Origin: Eledone cirrhosa
Taxonomy: Eukaryota
Reading direction: 5' to 3'
Assembly (NCBI GenBank): GCA_964016885.1
Contig: OZ024740.1
Span: 278,008,001-278,072,000 of the forward strand
DNA length: 64,000 nucleotides
This document shows, piece by piece, positions 41,201 to 53,704 of this stretch. The position numbers were made by a program, and so were the translations under genes. Position 1 is the stretch's first letter, and each line of letters begins with the position of its first letter. The notes beneath the pieces were generated by a model. It did not search any database. It saw only the letters and a program-made list of their open reading frames with translations, and was not told where the DNA came from.

Positions 41201-41678
41201 GGCACTAAGGAATACTGGTGGAACCTGAAAATAAAAACTGCCACCAAATTAAAGCACAACCGGCCTGATATTGTAGTTTGGGACCATACATTGTAAACGT
41301 GTTCTGTTGTGGAGATCAGCTGCCCACTTGATGTAAAGGTTGTCAGAAAAATACAGAAGGAGGACATCTACGGACCATTGATGAAGATTTTACAAATCCA
41401 GTATCCAAGATACACCTTTAGCTTCATACCCATCATTATTGGTGCTACGGGTTATATACCAACCCGCTTAGACCAAAGTATGACTGAACTTGGATTTGCG
41501 GACAAAAAGCGCAGCTCCCTAATTCATAGTCTGCAAATAGCTGCGATAGCTGGTACCTTCAAAATTTGCAAAACATTCTTGCGATTCAAGGTATGACAAT
41601 TTCTTTTCTTTTACAACCTTGCCACCAGGAAGGTGGCCGGTCAAAAAAAATATACTCGAAATTAAGAGAAAGAGAAAA
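38272..41678 (+). mobile_element. R4/Dong-like LINE copy A, 5'-truncated and decayed
   Basis: ORFs 38337-41596 are near-identical to copy E. It begins right after (TACA)n at 38220-38271. It has stops at 39087, 40789 and 41294 and a ~23-bp deletion at 39900. Confidence 0.92.
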
Positions 41679-41978
41679 CATAGAAGTCAACAACCTTATG
41701 GGTGTGTAGCTAATATGCACTTTATAAATCCCATGTGCAAGGGGAACAATAAAAATATGCTATATTTGTCTGATGGACAACACGTAATTATTCACCGTTG
41801 TTCCTTCCTATTGTTGTTGTTTTGTTTGTATTTGTGTTTTTTTGGGGGGGAGGGGGGGGGGGGGGGGTAGAAACCAGTTTCGCCTTTATGAGAGGAATAC
41901 AAATAATTATGAAGGATAACACATACGAAAATACATATACATACATAAGAACATACATACGTACATACATACATACAT

Positions 41979-42583
41979 GGTGGCTGCCAACTCGTTTTCG
42001 AGTACGGCCACTACTTTATATCCATGTCCATGTAGGAGAACCGCTACCGATGCGCTGAACGAGTGTGACTTTTTAGTCCAGCCAGCGACTTGAAAACTCT
42101 GGTACAAACATTACACTTGTGACAATTACTGACACATAGTGCTGGGCCCATGGTACCATGTGACGACAAGTGCAGAGAGATCTCCAGATATAAAGCAATG
42201 ACTGTGCCGTGAAGCTTTTATAGTGAGCAAAGGCACTGCACAAATCCAGTCCCACTCTCTTAACCAAGATGATATTTAACAAAAGGTCAACATCATTGGA
42301 TACCGTCAGGGTTGCAGGTGTTATATCAGAGTTTTCCTTCTCCTAGAATTCTGCCTTGACAAAGTCTAAGGGGTCATCTCTCCCGGTGATTTTGGATGGC
42401 CATTGACTCTTAAGAGGTCCTTTGCCCTTTGACAGGTTTTGTTTTTAGTCCTGCAGGATGTCCAAAGTCACCCTCCTCACCAAGAAACCTTAGTGGGGTT
42501 GCCAGTTTAGTCGCCAACGACCCGACCATGAGACGGGTTGTACTGGGATACAGGTTACCAGTAGCACCAACTGGTGACCTGAC
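41979..42583 (-). mobile_element. RTE-derived element X1
   Basis: Reverse complement of 33534-34137, flanked by (TACA)n. Confidence 0.8.
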
Positions 42584-42628
42584 ATACATACATACATACA
42601 TTTATAGTACATACTTGCATACATATAT

Positions 42629-43232
42629 GGTGGCTGCCAACTCGTTTTCGAGTACGGCCACTACTTTATATCCATGTAGGAGAACCCCTACCGATGCGCT
42701 GAACGAGTGTGACTTTTTAGTCCAGCCAGCGACTTGAAAACTCTGGTACAAACACTACACTTGTGACAATTACTGACACATAGTGCTGGGCCCATGGTAC
42801 CATGTGACGACAAGTGCAGAGAGATCTCCAGATATAAAGCAATGCCTGTGCCGTGAAGCTTTTATAGTGAGCAAAGGCACTGCACAAAGCCAGTCCCACT
42901 CCTTTAACCAAGATGATATTTACCAAAAAGAAGAACAAGTCAACATCATTGGATACCATCAGGGTTGCAGGTGTTATATCAGAGTTTTCCTTCTCCTAGA
43001 ATTCTGCCTTGACAAAGGCTAAGGGGTCATCTCTCCCGGTGATTTTGGATGGCCATTGACTCTTAAGAGCTCCTTTGCCCTTTGACAGGTTTTGTTTTTA
43101 GTCCTGCAGGATGTCCAAAGTCACCCTCCTCACCAAGAAACCTTGGTGGGGTTGCCAGTTTAGTCGCCAACGACCCGACCATGGGACAGGTTGTACTGGG
43201 ATACATGTTACCAGTAGCACCAACTGGTGACC
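42629..43232 (-). mobile_element. RTE-derived element X2
   Basis: Reverse complement of X0, in tandem with X1. Confidence 0.8.
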
Positions 43233-43445
43233 ATACATATATACACACGTAGATACATAAATATACACAAATACACATACGTACATAAATTTATATATAT
43301 ACATCCATCCATCCATACGTACATACATACAGACACACATACATGCATACATACATACATACATACATACATACACACATACATACATACATACATACAT
43401 ACATACATACATACATACATACATACATACATACATACATACATT

Positions 43446-45432
43446 TACTAACTAACAAAATGATTCAGGAAAAAACAACAAAGAATCGCAGAAACATGAC
43501 TGTCGTGTGGCTGGACTATCAAAAAGCATTTGATAGTGTACCTCATGGGTGGATTATTAAGGCTTTACAGTTAGCTAAAGTCCCACAATCATTGGTAGCT
43601 GCCGTTGAACGCCTGACCAAGAACTGGTACACCAATTTGATCCTTAGAGGTGAGAAGGAGCAGGTTAAGACTGATAAGATACATTACCAGAAGAGCATCT
43701 TTCAGGGTGATAGCTTGTCAGTGCTACTCTTCGTTCTCTCACTGAATCCACTATCTTACCTACTCAGGAAACAAGGTGGACAAAGAAGTGGGCCCAGAAG
43801 TATCTCCCATCTTTTCTTTGTTGATGACCTGAAGTTGTATGGGCCAAATATCAATGACATCAAGAAACAATTGGACCTCATTACACAATTTCCGGCCGAC
43901 ATCAAAATGAAATTTGATGAGTCCAAGTGTGCATATTTGGCAGTAAAACGTGGAAGAGCTGTGCCCTCCTCTAGAAATCTAGAGATGAACGGCCTGACAC
44001 TACAACCTCTGCAGTCAGGTGACAACTACAGATATCTTGGACAGGATGAGAATGTCAGATATGATGGACCCATAAATAAGGAGAGAACCAGAACTGAATA
44101 CCTCAGAAGAGTAAAGAAAATATGGTCATCAGAACTGTCAGCATACAACAAATACATTGCCCACAATACTTATGCTGTGCCAATTCTAACGCCAACATTT
44201 GGCCTACTGAACTGGTCATTGCAAGAACTAAGTGATATGGATGTTAGAACTCGAAAACTTCTCAGTGTTACTGGCAACTTTAACATCAATGGTGATGTGG
44301 ATAGGCTATACTTCTCACGCAAGGAAGGTGGCCGGGGTCTAAAATCAATATTAACAACATATGAGACCCGGATAGTAACACTGATGCAACACCTTCAACA
44401 GAGGAAAAAGGTTGGCAACCATCTTGCCCAGGTTTATGAGCATGAAAAAAGAAATATCATTAGAATAGCGACTGATCTGGAGGAGAGATATGGAATAAAG
44501 CCTGATATAAATCTCTCACCCAGAGAAATCGGAGGATCCTATTCAATGTCCAAACAAGATAAGAAAATTGACCAATTTACAGAAAAAGTTGTGCATGGAT
44601 ACTTGAGGCGTAAAACACAGACCATAGAGGGGATAAACCACTCAAAAAAGCCTGGCATGGAGTTCCGACAAGTTTATGACATCACACCTTGAGGGATATC
44701 TCTATGCAATACAGGAACAAGAACTCCCTACCAAATATCTGCTGCACAAAAGAGGAGGGCCAGCAGCTGACAATAAATGTAGGCTATGTAAAACAAAGAT
44801 CGAGGATGTAAGCCACATTGTTGCCAGCTGCGAAAGAATGTCATCTCGCTACTACCTCCCCATGAGACACGATGGGATAGCTAGAACCATCTGGAACGCA
44901 CTTCGGAAAACAAAATTAACAACAAACGATGAAGAATATATTGAGACAGATGGCACTAAGGAATACTGGTGGAACCTGAAAATAAAAACTGCCACCAAAT
45001 TAAAGCACAACCGGCCTGATATTGTAGTTTGGGACCACACATTGAAAACATGTTCTGTTGTGGAGATCAGCTGCCCACTTGATGTAAACGTTGTCAGAAA
45101 AATACGGGAGAAGGAGGACATCTACGGACCATTGATGAGGAGTTTACAAATCCAGTATCCAAGATACACCTTTAGCTTCATACCCATCATTATTGGGGCT
45201 ACGGGTTATATACCAACCCGCTTGGACGAAAGTATGACTGAACTTGGATTTGCGGACAAAAAGCGCAGCTCCCTAATTCATAGTCTACAGATGGCTGCGA
45301 TAGCTGGCACCTTCAAAATTTGCAAAACATTGTTGCGATTCAAGGGATGACAATTTCTTTTCTTTTACAACCTTGCCACCAGGAAGGTGGCCGGTCAAAA
45401 AAAATATACTCGAAATTAAGAGAAAGAGAAAA
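43446..45432 (+). mobile_element. R4/Dong-like LINE copy B (3' half)
   Basis: RT and RLE ORFs at 43343-44692 and 44676-45350. It starts at tactaactaacaaaatg after (TACA)n. Confidence 0.92.
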
Positions 45433-45774
45433 CATAGAAGTCAGCAACCTTATGGGTGTGTAGCTAATATGCAATTTATAAATCCCATGTGCAAGGGGAA
45501 CAATAAAAATATGCTATATTTTTCTGATGGACAACACGTAATTATTCACCGTTGTTCTTTCCTATTGTTGTTGTTTTGTTTGTATTTGTGTTTTTTTGGG
45601 GGAGGCGGGGGGGGGGGGGGGGGGGGGTGTTTAGAAACCAGTTTCGCCTTTATGAGATGAATTCAAATAATTATCAAGGATAACGCATACAAAAATACAT
45701 ATACATACATACATACGTACATACATACGTACATACATACATACATACATACATACATACATACATACATACAT

Positions 45775-46372
45775 GGTGGCTGCCAACTCGTTTTCGAGTA
45801 CGGCCACTACTTTATATCCATGTAGGAGAACCGCTACTGATGCGCTGAACGAGTGTGACTTTTTAGTCCAGCCAGCGACTTGAAAACTCTGGTACAAACA
45901 CTACACTTGTGACAATTACTGACTCATAGTGCTGGGCCCATGGTACCATGTGATGACAAGTGCAGAGAGATCTCCAGATACAAAGCAATGCCTGTGCCGT
46001 GAAGCTTTTATAGTGAGCAAAGGCACTGCACAAATCCAGTCCCACTCTCTTAACCAAGATGATATTTAACAAAAAGTCAACATCATTGCATACCATCAGG
46101 GTTGCAGGTGTTATATCAGAGTTTTCCTTCTCCTAGAATTCTGCCTTGACAAAGGCTAAGGGGTCATCTCTCCCGGTGATTTTGGATGGCCATTGACTCT
46201 TAAGAGGTCCTTTGCCCTTTGACAGGTTTTGTTTTAGTCCTGCAGGATGTCCAAAGTCACCCTCCTCACCAAGAAACCTTAGTGGGATTGCCAGTTTAGT
46301 CGCCAATGACCCGACCATGAGACGGGTTGTACTGGGATACAGGTTACCAGTAGCACCAACTGGTGACCTGAC
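45775..46372 (-). mobile_element. RTE-derived element X3
   Basis: Reverse complement of X0. It shares a short deletion with X1 and X4. Confidence 0.8.
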
Positions 46373-46588
46373 ATACATACATACATACATTTATAGTACA
46401 TACTTGCATACATATATACACACGTAGATACATAAATATACACAAATACACATACGTACATAAATTTATATATATACATCCATCCATCCATACGTACATA
46501 CATACAGACACACATACATGCATACATACATACATACATACATACATACATACATACATACATACATACATACATACATACATACATT

Positions 46589-48575
46589 TACTAACTAACA
46601 AAATGATTCAGGAAAAAACAACAAAGAATCGCAGAAACATGACTGTCGTGTGGCTGGACTATCAAAAAGCATTTGATAGTGTACCTCATGGGTGGATTAT
46701 TAAGGCTTTACAGTTAGCTAAAGTCCCACAACCATTGGTAGCTGCCGTTGAACGCCTGACCAAGAACTGGTACACCAATTTGATCCTTAGAGGTGAGAAG
46801 GAGCAGGTTAAGACTGATAAGATACATTACCAGAAGGGCATCTTTCAGGGTGATAGCTTGTCAGTGCTACTCTTCGTTCTCTCACTGAATCCACTATCTT
46901 ACCTACTCAGGAAACAAGGTGGACAAAGAAGTGGGCCCAGAAGTATCTCCCATCTTTTCTTTGTTGATGACCTGAAGTTGTATGGGCCAAATATCAATGA
47001 CATCAAGAAACAGTTGGACCTCATTACACAATTTCCGGCCGGCATCAAAATGAAATTTGATGAGTCCAAGTGTGCATATTTGGCAGTAAAACGTGGAAGA
47101 GCTGTGCCCTCCTCTAGAAATCTAGAGATGAACGGCCTGACACTACAACCTCTGCAGTCAGGTGACAACTACAGATATCTTGGACAGGATGAGAATGTCA
47201 GATATGATGGACCCATAAATAAGGAGAGAACCAGAACTGAATACCTCAGAAGAGTAAAGAAAATATGGTCATCAGAACTGTCAGCATACAACAAATACAT
47301 TGCCCACAATACTTATGCTGTGCCAATTCTAACGCCAACATTTGGCCTACTGAACTGGTCATTGCAAGAACTAAGTGATATGGATGTTAGAACTCGAAAA
47401 CTTCTCAGTGTTACTGGCAACTTTAACATCAATGGTGATGTGGATAGGCTATACTTCTCACGCAAGGAAGGTGGCCGGGGTCTAAAATCAATATTAACAA
47501 CATATGAGACCCGGATAGTAACACTGATGCAACACCTTCAACAGAGGAAAAAGGTTGGCAACCATCTTGCCCAGGTTTATGAGCATGAAAAAAGAAATAT
47601 CATTAGAATAGCGACTGATCTGGAGGAGAGATATGGAATAAAGCCTGATATAAATCTCTCACCCAGAGAAATCGGAGGATCCTATTCAATGTCCAAACAA
47701 GATAAGAAAATTGACCAATTTACAGAAAAAGTTGTGCATGGATACTTGAGGCGTAAAACACAGACCATAGAGGGGATAAACCACTCAAAAAAGCCTGGCA
47801 TGGAGTTCCGACAAGTTTATGACATCACACCTTGAGGGATATCTCTATGCAATACAGGAACAAGAACTCCCTACCAAATATCTGCTGCACAAAAGAGGAG
47901 GGCCAGCAGCTGACAATAAATGTAGGCTATGTAAAACAAAGATCGAGGATGTAAGCCACATTGTTGCTAGCTGCGAAAGAATGTCATCTCGCTACTACCT
48001 CCCCATGAGACACGATGGGATAGCTAGAACCATCTGGAACGCACTTCGGAAAACAAAATTAACAACAAACGATGAAGAATATATTGAGACAGATGGCACT
48101 AAGGAATACTGGTGGAACCTGAAAATAAAAACTGCCACCAAATTAAAGCACAACCGGCCTGATATTGTAGTTTGGGACCACACATTGAAAACATGTTCTG
48201 TTGTGGAGATCAGCTGCCCACTTGATGTAAACGTTGTCAGAAAAATACAGGAGAAGGAGGACATCTACGGAACATTGATGAGGAGTTTACAAATCCAGTA
48301 TCCAAGATACACCTTTAGCTTCATACCCATCATCATTGGTGCTACGGGTTATATACCAACCCGCTTGGACGAAAGTATGACTGAACTTGGATTTGCGGAC
48401 AAAAAGCGCAGCTCCCTAATTCATAGTTTACAGATGGCTGCGATAGCTGGCACCTTCAAAATTTGCAAAACATTGTTGCGATTCAAGGGATGACAATTTC
48501 TTTTCTTTTACAACCTTGCCACCAGGAAGGTGGCCGGTCAAAAAAAATATACTCGAAATTAAGAGAAAGAGAAAA
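46589..48575 (+). mobile_element. R4/Dong-like LINE copy C (3' half)
   Basis: ORFs 46603-47835 and 47819-48493. It has the same 5' junction, the same +1 A frameshift and the same 3' flank as copy B, offset by 3143 bp. Confidence 0.92.
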
Positions 48576-48920
48576 CATAGAAGTCAGCAACCTTATGGGT
48601 GTGTAGCTAATATGCAATTTATAAATCCCATGTGCAAGGGGAACAATAAAAATATGCTATATTTTTCTGATGGACAACACGTAATTATTCACCGTTGTTC
48701 TTTCCTATTGTTGTTGTTTTGTTTGTATTTGTGTTTTTTGGGGGGAGGCGGGGGGGGGGGGGGTTTAGAAACCAGTTTCGCCTTTATGAGATGAATTCAA
48801 ATAATTATCAAGGATAACGCATACAAAAATACATATACATACATACATACGTACATACATACGTACATACATACATACATACATACATACATACATACAT
48901 ACATACATACATACATACAT

Positions 48921-49518
48921 GGTGGCTGCCAACTCGTTTTCGAGTACGGCCACTACTTTATATCCATGTAGGAGAACCGTTACTGATGCGCTGAACGAGT
49001 GTGACTTTTTAGTCCAGCCAGCGACTTGAAAACTCTGGTACAAACACTACACTTGTGACAATTACTGACACATAGTGCTGGGCCCATGGTACCATGTGAT
49101 GACAAGTGCAGAGAGATCTCCAGATATAAAGCAATGCCTGTGCCGTGAAGCTTTTATAGTGAGCAAAGGCACTGCACAAATCCAGTCCCACTCTCTTAAC
49201 CAAGATGATATTTAACAAAAAGTCAACATCATTGCATACCATCAGGGTTGCAGGTGTTATATCAGAGTTTTCCTTCTCCTAGAATTCTGCCTTGACAAAG
49301 GCTAAGGGGTCATCTCTCCCGGTGATTTTGGATGGCCATTGACTCTTAAGAGGTCCTTTGCCCTTTGACAGGTTTTGTTTTAGTCCTGCAGGATGTCCAA
49401 AGTCACCCTCCTCACCAAGAAACCTTAGTGGGGTTGCCAGTTTAGTCGCCAATGACCCGACCATGAGACGGGTTGTACTGGGATACAGGTTACCAGTAGC
49501 ACCAACTGGTGACCTGAC
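48921..49518 (-). mobile_element. RTE-derived element X4
   Basis: Near-identical to X3. Confidence 0.8.
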
Positions 49519-49669
49519 ATACATACATACATACATTTATAGTACATACTTGCATACATATATACACACGTAGATACATAAATATACACAAATACACATA
49601 CGTACATAAATTTATATATATACATCCATCCATACGTACATACATACAGACACACATACATGCATACAT

Positions 49670-50079
49670 GGTGGCTGCCAACTCGTTTTCGAGTACGGCC
49701 ACTACTTTATATCCATGTAGGAGAACCCCTACCGATGCGCTGAACGAATGTGACTTTAGTCCAGCCAGCGACTTGAAAACTCTGGTACAAAGACTACACT
49801 TGTGACCATTATTGACACATAGTGCAGGGCCCATGGTACCATGTGATGACAAGTGCAGAGAGATCTCCAGATATAAAGCAATGCCTGTGCTGTGAAGCTT
49901 TTATAGTGAGCAAAGGCACTGCACAAAGCCAGTCCCACTCTCTTAACCAAGATGATATTTACCAAAAAGAAGAACAGGTCAACATCATTGGATACCATCA
50001 GGGTTGCAGGTGTTATATCAGAGTTTTCCTTCTCCTAGAATTCTGCCTTGACAAAGGCTAAGGGGTCATCTCTCCCGGT
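49670..50079 (-). mobile_element. RTE-derived element X5, 5'-truncated
   Basis: Contains the 3' ~410 bp of X and ends at a long microsatellite. Confidence 0.8.
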
Positions 50080-50222
50080 ATATACATGTATATATACATA
50101 CATGCATATATACATATATACATACATACATGTATATATACATACATATACATACATACATACATACATACATACATACATACATACATACATACATACA
50201 TACACATACATACATATATATA

Positions 50223-50254
<32 letters not shown>

Positions 50255-51012
50255 CATATACATACATACATACATACATATACATACATACATATACATA
50301 CATATATACATATACATACATACATATACATACATATACATATACATACATACACACATACATACATATACATATACATACATATATATATACATACATA
50401 TACATATACATACATATATATATACATACATATATATATACATACATACATATACATACATATATATACATACATACATACATACATATACATACATACA
50501 TATACACATATACATACACATACATATATATACACATATACATATACATACATACACATACATACATACACATACATACATATATATATACATACATATA
50601 TACACATACATACATATACATATACATACATATATACATATACATACACACATATATACATACATACATACACACATACATACATATACATACATATACA
50701 CACATACATACATATACACACATACATACATATACATACATATACATACATACATACATATACATACACACATATACATACATATACATACATACATACA
50801 TATATACATACATACACACACATACATACATACATATATATACATATACATACATACATATACATACATACACATACACATATATACATACATACATACA
50901 TACACATACATACATACATACATATACATACATACATACATATACACACATACATATACATAGATACATATATATACATATACATACATACATATATATA
51001 CATACATACATA
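50080..51012. repeat. ~930-bp degenerate (TACA)/(TA)/(CA) compound microsatellite
   Basis: Seen directly; it consists almost only of T, A and C. Confidence 0.97.
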
Positions 51013-51013
51013 T

Positions 51014-51621
51014 GGTGGCTGCCAACTCGTTTTCGAGTACGGCCACTACTTTATATCCATGTAGGAGAACCCCTACCGATGCGCTGAACGAGTGTGACTT
51101 TTTAGTCCAGCCAGCGACTTGAAAACTCTGGTACAAACACTACACTTGTGACAATTACTGACACATAGTGCTGGGCCCATGGTACCATGTGACGACAAGT
51201 GCAGAGAGATCTCCAGATATAAAGCAATGCCTGTGCCGTGAAGCTTTTATAGTGAGCAAAGGCACTGCACAAAGCCAGTCCCACTCTCTTAACCAAGATG
51301 ATATTTACCAAAAAGAAGAACAAGTCAACATCATTGGATACCATCAGGGTTGCAGGTGTTATATCAGAGTTTTCCTTCTCCTAGAATTCTGCCTTGACAA
51401 AGGCTAAGGGGTCATCTCTCCCGGTGATTTTGGATGGCCATTGACTCTTAAGAGCTCCTTTGCCCTTTGACAGGTTTTGTTTTTAGTCCTGCAGGATGTC
51501 CAAAGTCACCCTCCTCACCAAGAAGCCTTGGTGGGGTTGCCAGTTTAGTCGCCAACGACCCGACCATGGGACAGGTTGTACTGGGATACATGTTACCAGT
51601 AGCACCAACTGGTGACCTGAC
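51014..51621 (-). mobile_element. RTE-derived element X6
   Basis: Reverse complement of X0, X2-like subtype. Confidence 0.8.
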
Positions 51622-51708
51622 ATGCATACATACATACATACATACATACATACATACATACATACATACATACATACATACATACATACATACATACATA
51701 CATACATT

Positions 51709-53684
51709 TACTAACTAACAAAATGATTCAGGAAAAAACAACAAAGAATCGCAGAAACATGACTGTCGTGTGGCTGGACTATCAAAAAGCATTTGATAGT
51801 GTACCTCATGGGTGGATTATTAAGGCTTTACAGTTAGCTAAAGTCCCACAACCATTGGTAGCTGCCGTTGAACGCCTGACCAAGAACTGGTACACCAATT
51901 TGATCCTTAGAGGTGAGAAGGAGCAGGTTAAGACTGATAAGATACATTACCAGAAGGGCATCTTTCAGGGTGATAGCTTGTCAGTGCTACTCTTCGTTCT
52001 CTCACTGAATCCACTATCTTACCTACTCAGGAAACAAGGTGGACAAAGAAGTGGGCCCAGAAGTATCTCCCATCTTTTCTTTGTTGATGACCTGAAGTTG
52101 TATGGGCCAAATATCAATGACATCAAGAAACAATTGGACCTCATTACACAATTTCCGGCCGACATCAAAATGAAATTTGATGAGTCCAAGTGTGCATATT
52201 TGGCAGTAAAACGTGGAAGAGCTGTGCCCTCCTCTAGAAATCTAGAGATGAACGGCCTGATACTACAACCTCTGCAGTCAGGTGACAACTACAGATATCT
52301 TGGACAGGATGAGAATGTCAGATATGATGGACCCATAAATAAGGAGAGAACCAGAACTGAATACCTCAGAAGAGTAAAGAAAATATGGTCATCAGAACTG
52401 TCAGCATACAACAAATACATTGCCCACAATACTTATGCTGTGCCAATTCTAACGCCAACATTTGGCCTACTGAACTGGTCATTGCAAGAACTAAGTGATA
52501 TGGATGTTAGAACTCGAAAACTTCTCAGTGTTACTGGCAACTTTAACATCAATGGTGATGTGGATAGGCTATACTTCTCACGCAAGGAAGGTGGCCGGGG
52601 TCTAAAATCAATATTAACAACATATGAGACCCGGATAGTAACACTGATGCAACACCTTCAACAGAGGAAAAAGGTTGGCAACCATCTTGCCCAGGTTTAT
52701 GAGCATGAAAAAAGAAATATCATTAGAATAGCGACTGATCTGGAGGAGAGATATGGAATAAAGCCTGATATAAATCTCTCACCCAGAGAAATCGGAAGAT
52801 CCTATTCAATGTCCAAACAAGATAAGAAAATTGACCAATTTACAGAAAAGTTGTGCATGGATACTTGAGGCGTAAAACACAGAGCATAGAGGGGATAAAC
52901 CACTCAAAAAAGCCTGGCATGGAGTTCCGACAAGTTTATGACATCACACCTTGAGGGATATCTCTATGCAATACAGGAACAAGAACTCCCTACCAAATAT
53001 CTGCTGCACAAAAGAGGAGGGCCAGCAGCTGACAATAAATGTAGGCTATGTAAAACAAAGATCGAGGATGTAAGCCACATTGTTGCCAGCTGCGAAAGAA
53101 TGTCATCTCGCTACTACCTCCCCATGAGACACGATGGGATAGCTAGAACCATCTGGAACGCACTTCGGAAAACAAAATTAACAACAAACGAGGAAGAATA
53201 TATTGAGACAGATGGCACTAAGGAACCTGAAAATAAAAACTGCCACCATATTAAAGCACAACCGGCCTGATATTGTTGTTTGGGACCACACATTGAAAAC
53301 GTGTTCTGTTGTGGAGATCAGCTGCCCACTTGATGTAAATGTTGTCAGAAAAATACAGGAGAAGGAGGACATCTACGGACGATTGATGAGGAGTTTACAA
53401 ATCCAGTATCCAAGATACACCTTTAGCTTCATACCCATCATTATTGGAGCTATGGGTTATATACCAACCCGCTTCGACCAAAGTATGACTGATCTTGGAT
53501 TTGCGGACAAAAGGCGCAGCTCCCTAATTCATAGTCTACAAATGGCTGCGATAGCTGGCACCTTCAAAATTTGCAAAACATTCTTGCGATTCAAGGGATG
53601 ACAATTTCTTTTATCTTACAACCTTGCCACCAGGAAGGTGGCCGGTCAAAAAAAATATACTCGAAATTAAGAGAAAGAGATAAA
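51709..53684 (+). mobile_element. R4/Dong-like LINE copy D (3' half)
   Basis: ORFs 51723-52868, 52938-53270 and 53203-53601. It has the same 5' junction as B and C, a private ~11-bp deletion near 53225, and its 3' end runs into (CATA)n. Confidence 0.92.
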
Positions 53685-53704
53685 CATACATACATACATA
53701 CATA

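Noticed and set aside
41619-41870. ORF2 downstream of the LINE (MPPGRWPVKK...)
   Set aside because: It runs from the 3' UTR into flanking DNA and a G-run, and it is absent after copies D and E.
42717-43022. Recurrent 79-80 aa ORFs (MVSNDVDL..., MLGPWYHV...)
   Set aside because: They recur only because X is repeated. They have no recognisable domain and indels differ between subtypes.
50035-51136. 277-356 aa ORFs rich in Y/I/H/T/M/C/V
   Set aside because: They are translations of a stop-free microsatellite. The same applies to the YIYI, HTHT and CVCV ORFs throughout the window.
41979-51621. Regularly repeated units resembling a CRISPR or prokaryotic RT system
   Set aside because: The context is eukaryotic, the units are 600-bp retroelement copies without unique spacers, and the RT is a non-LTR type with an RLE domain.
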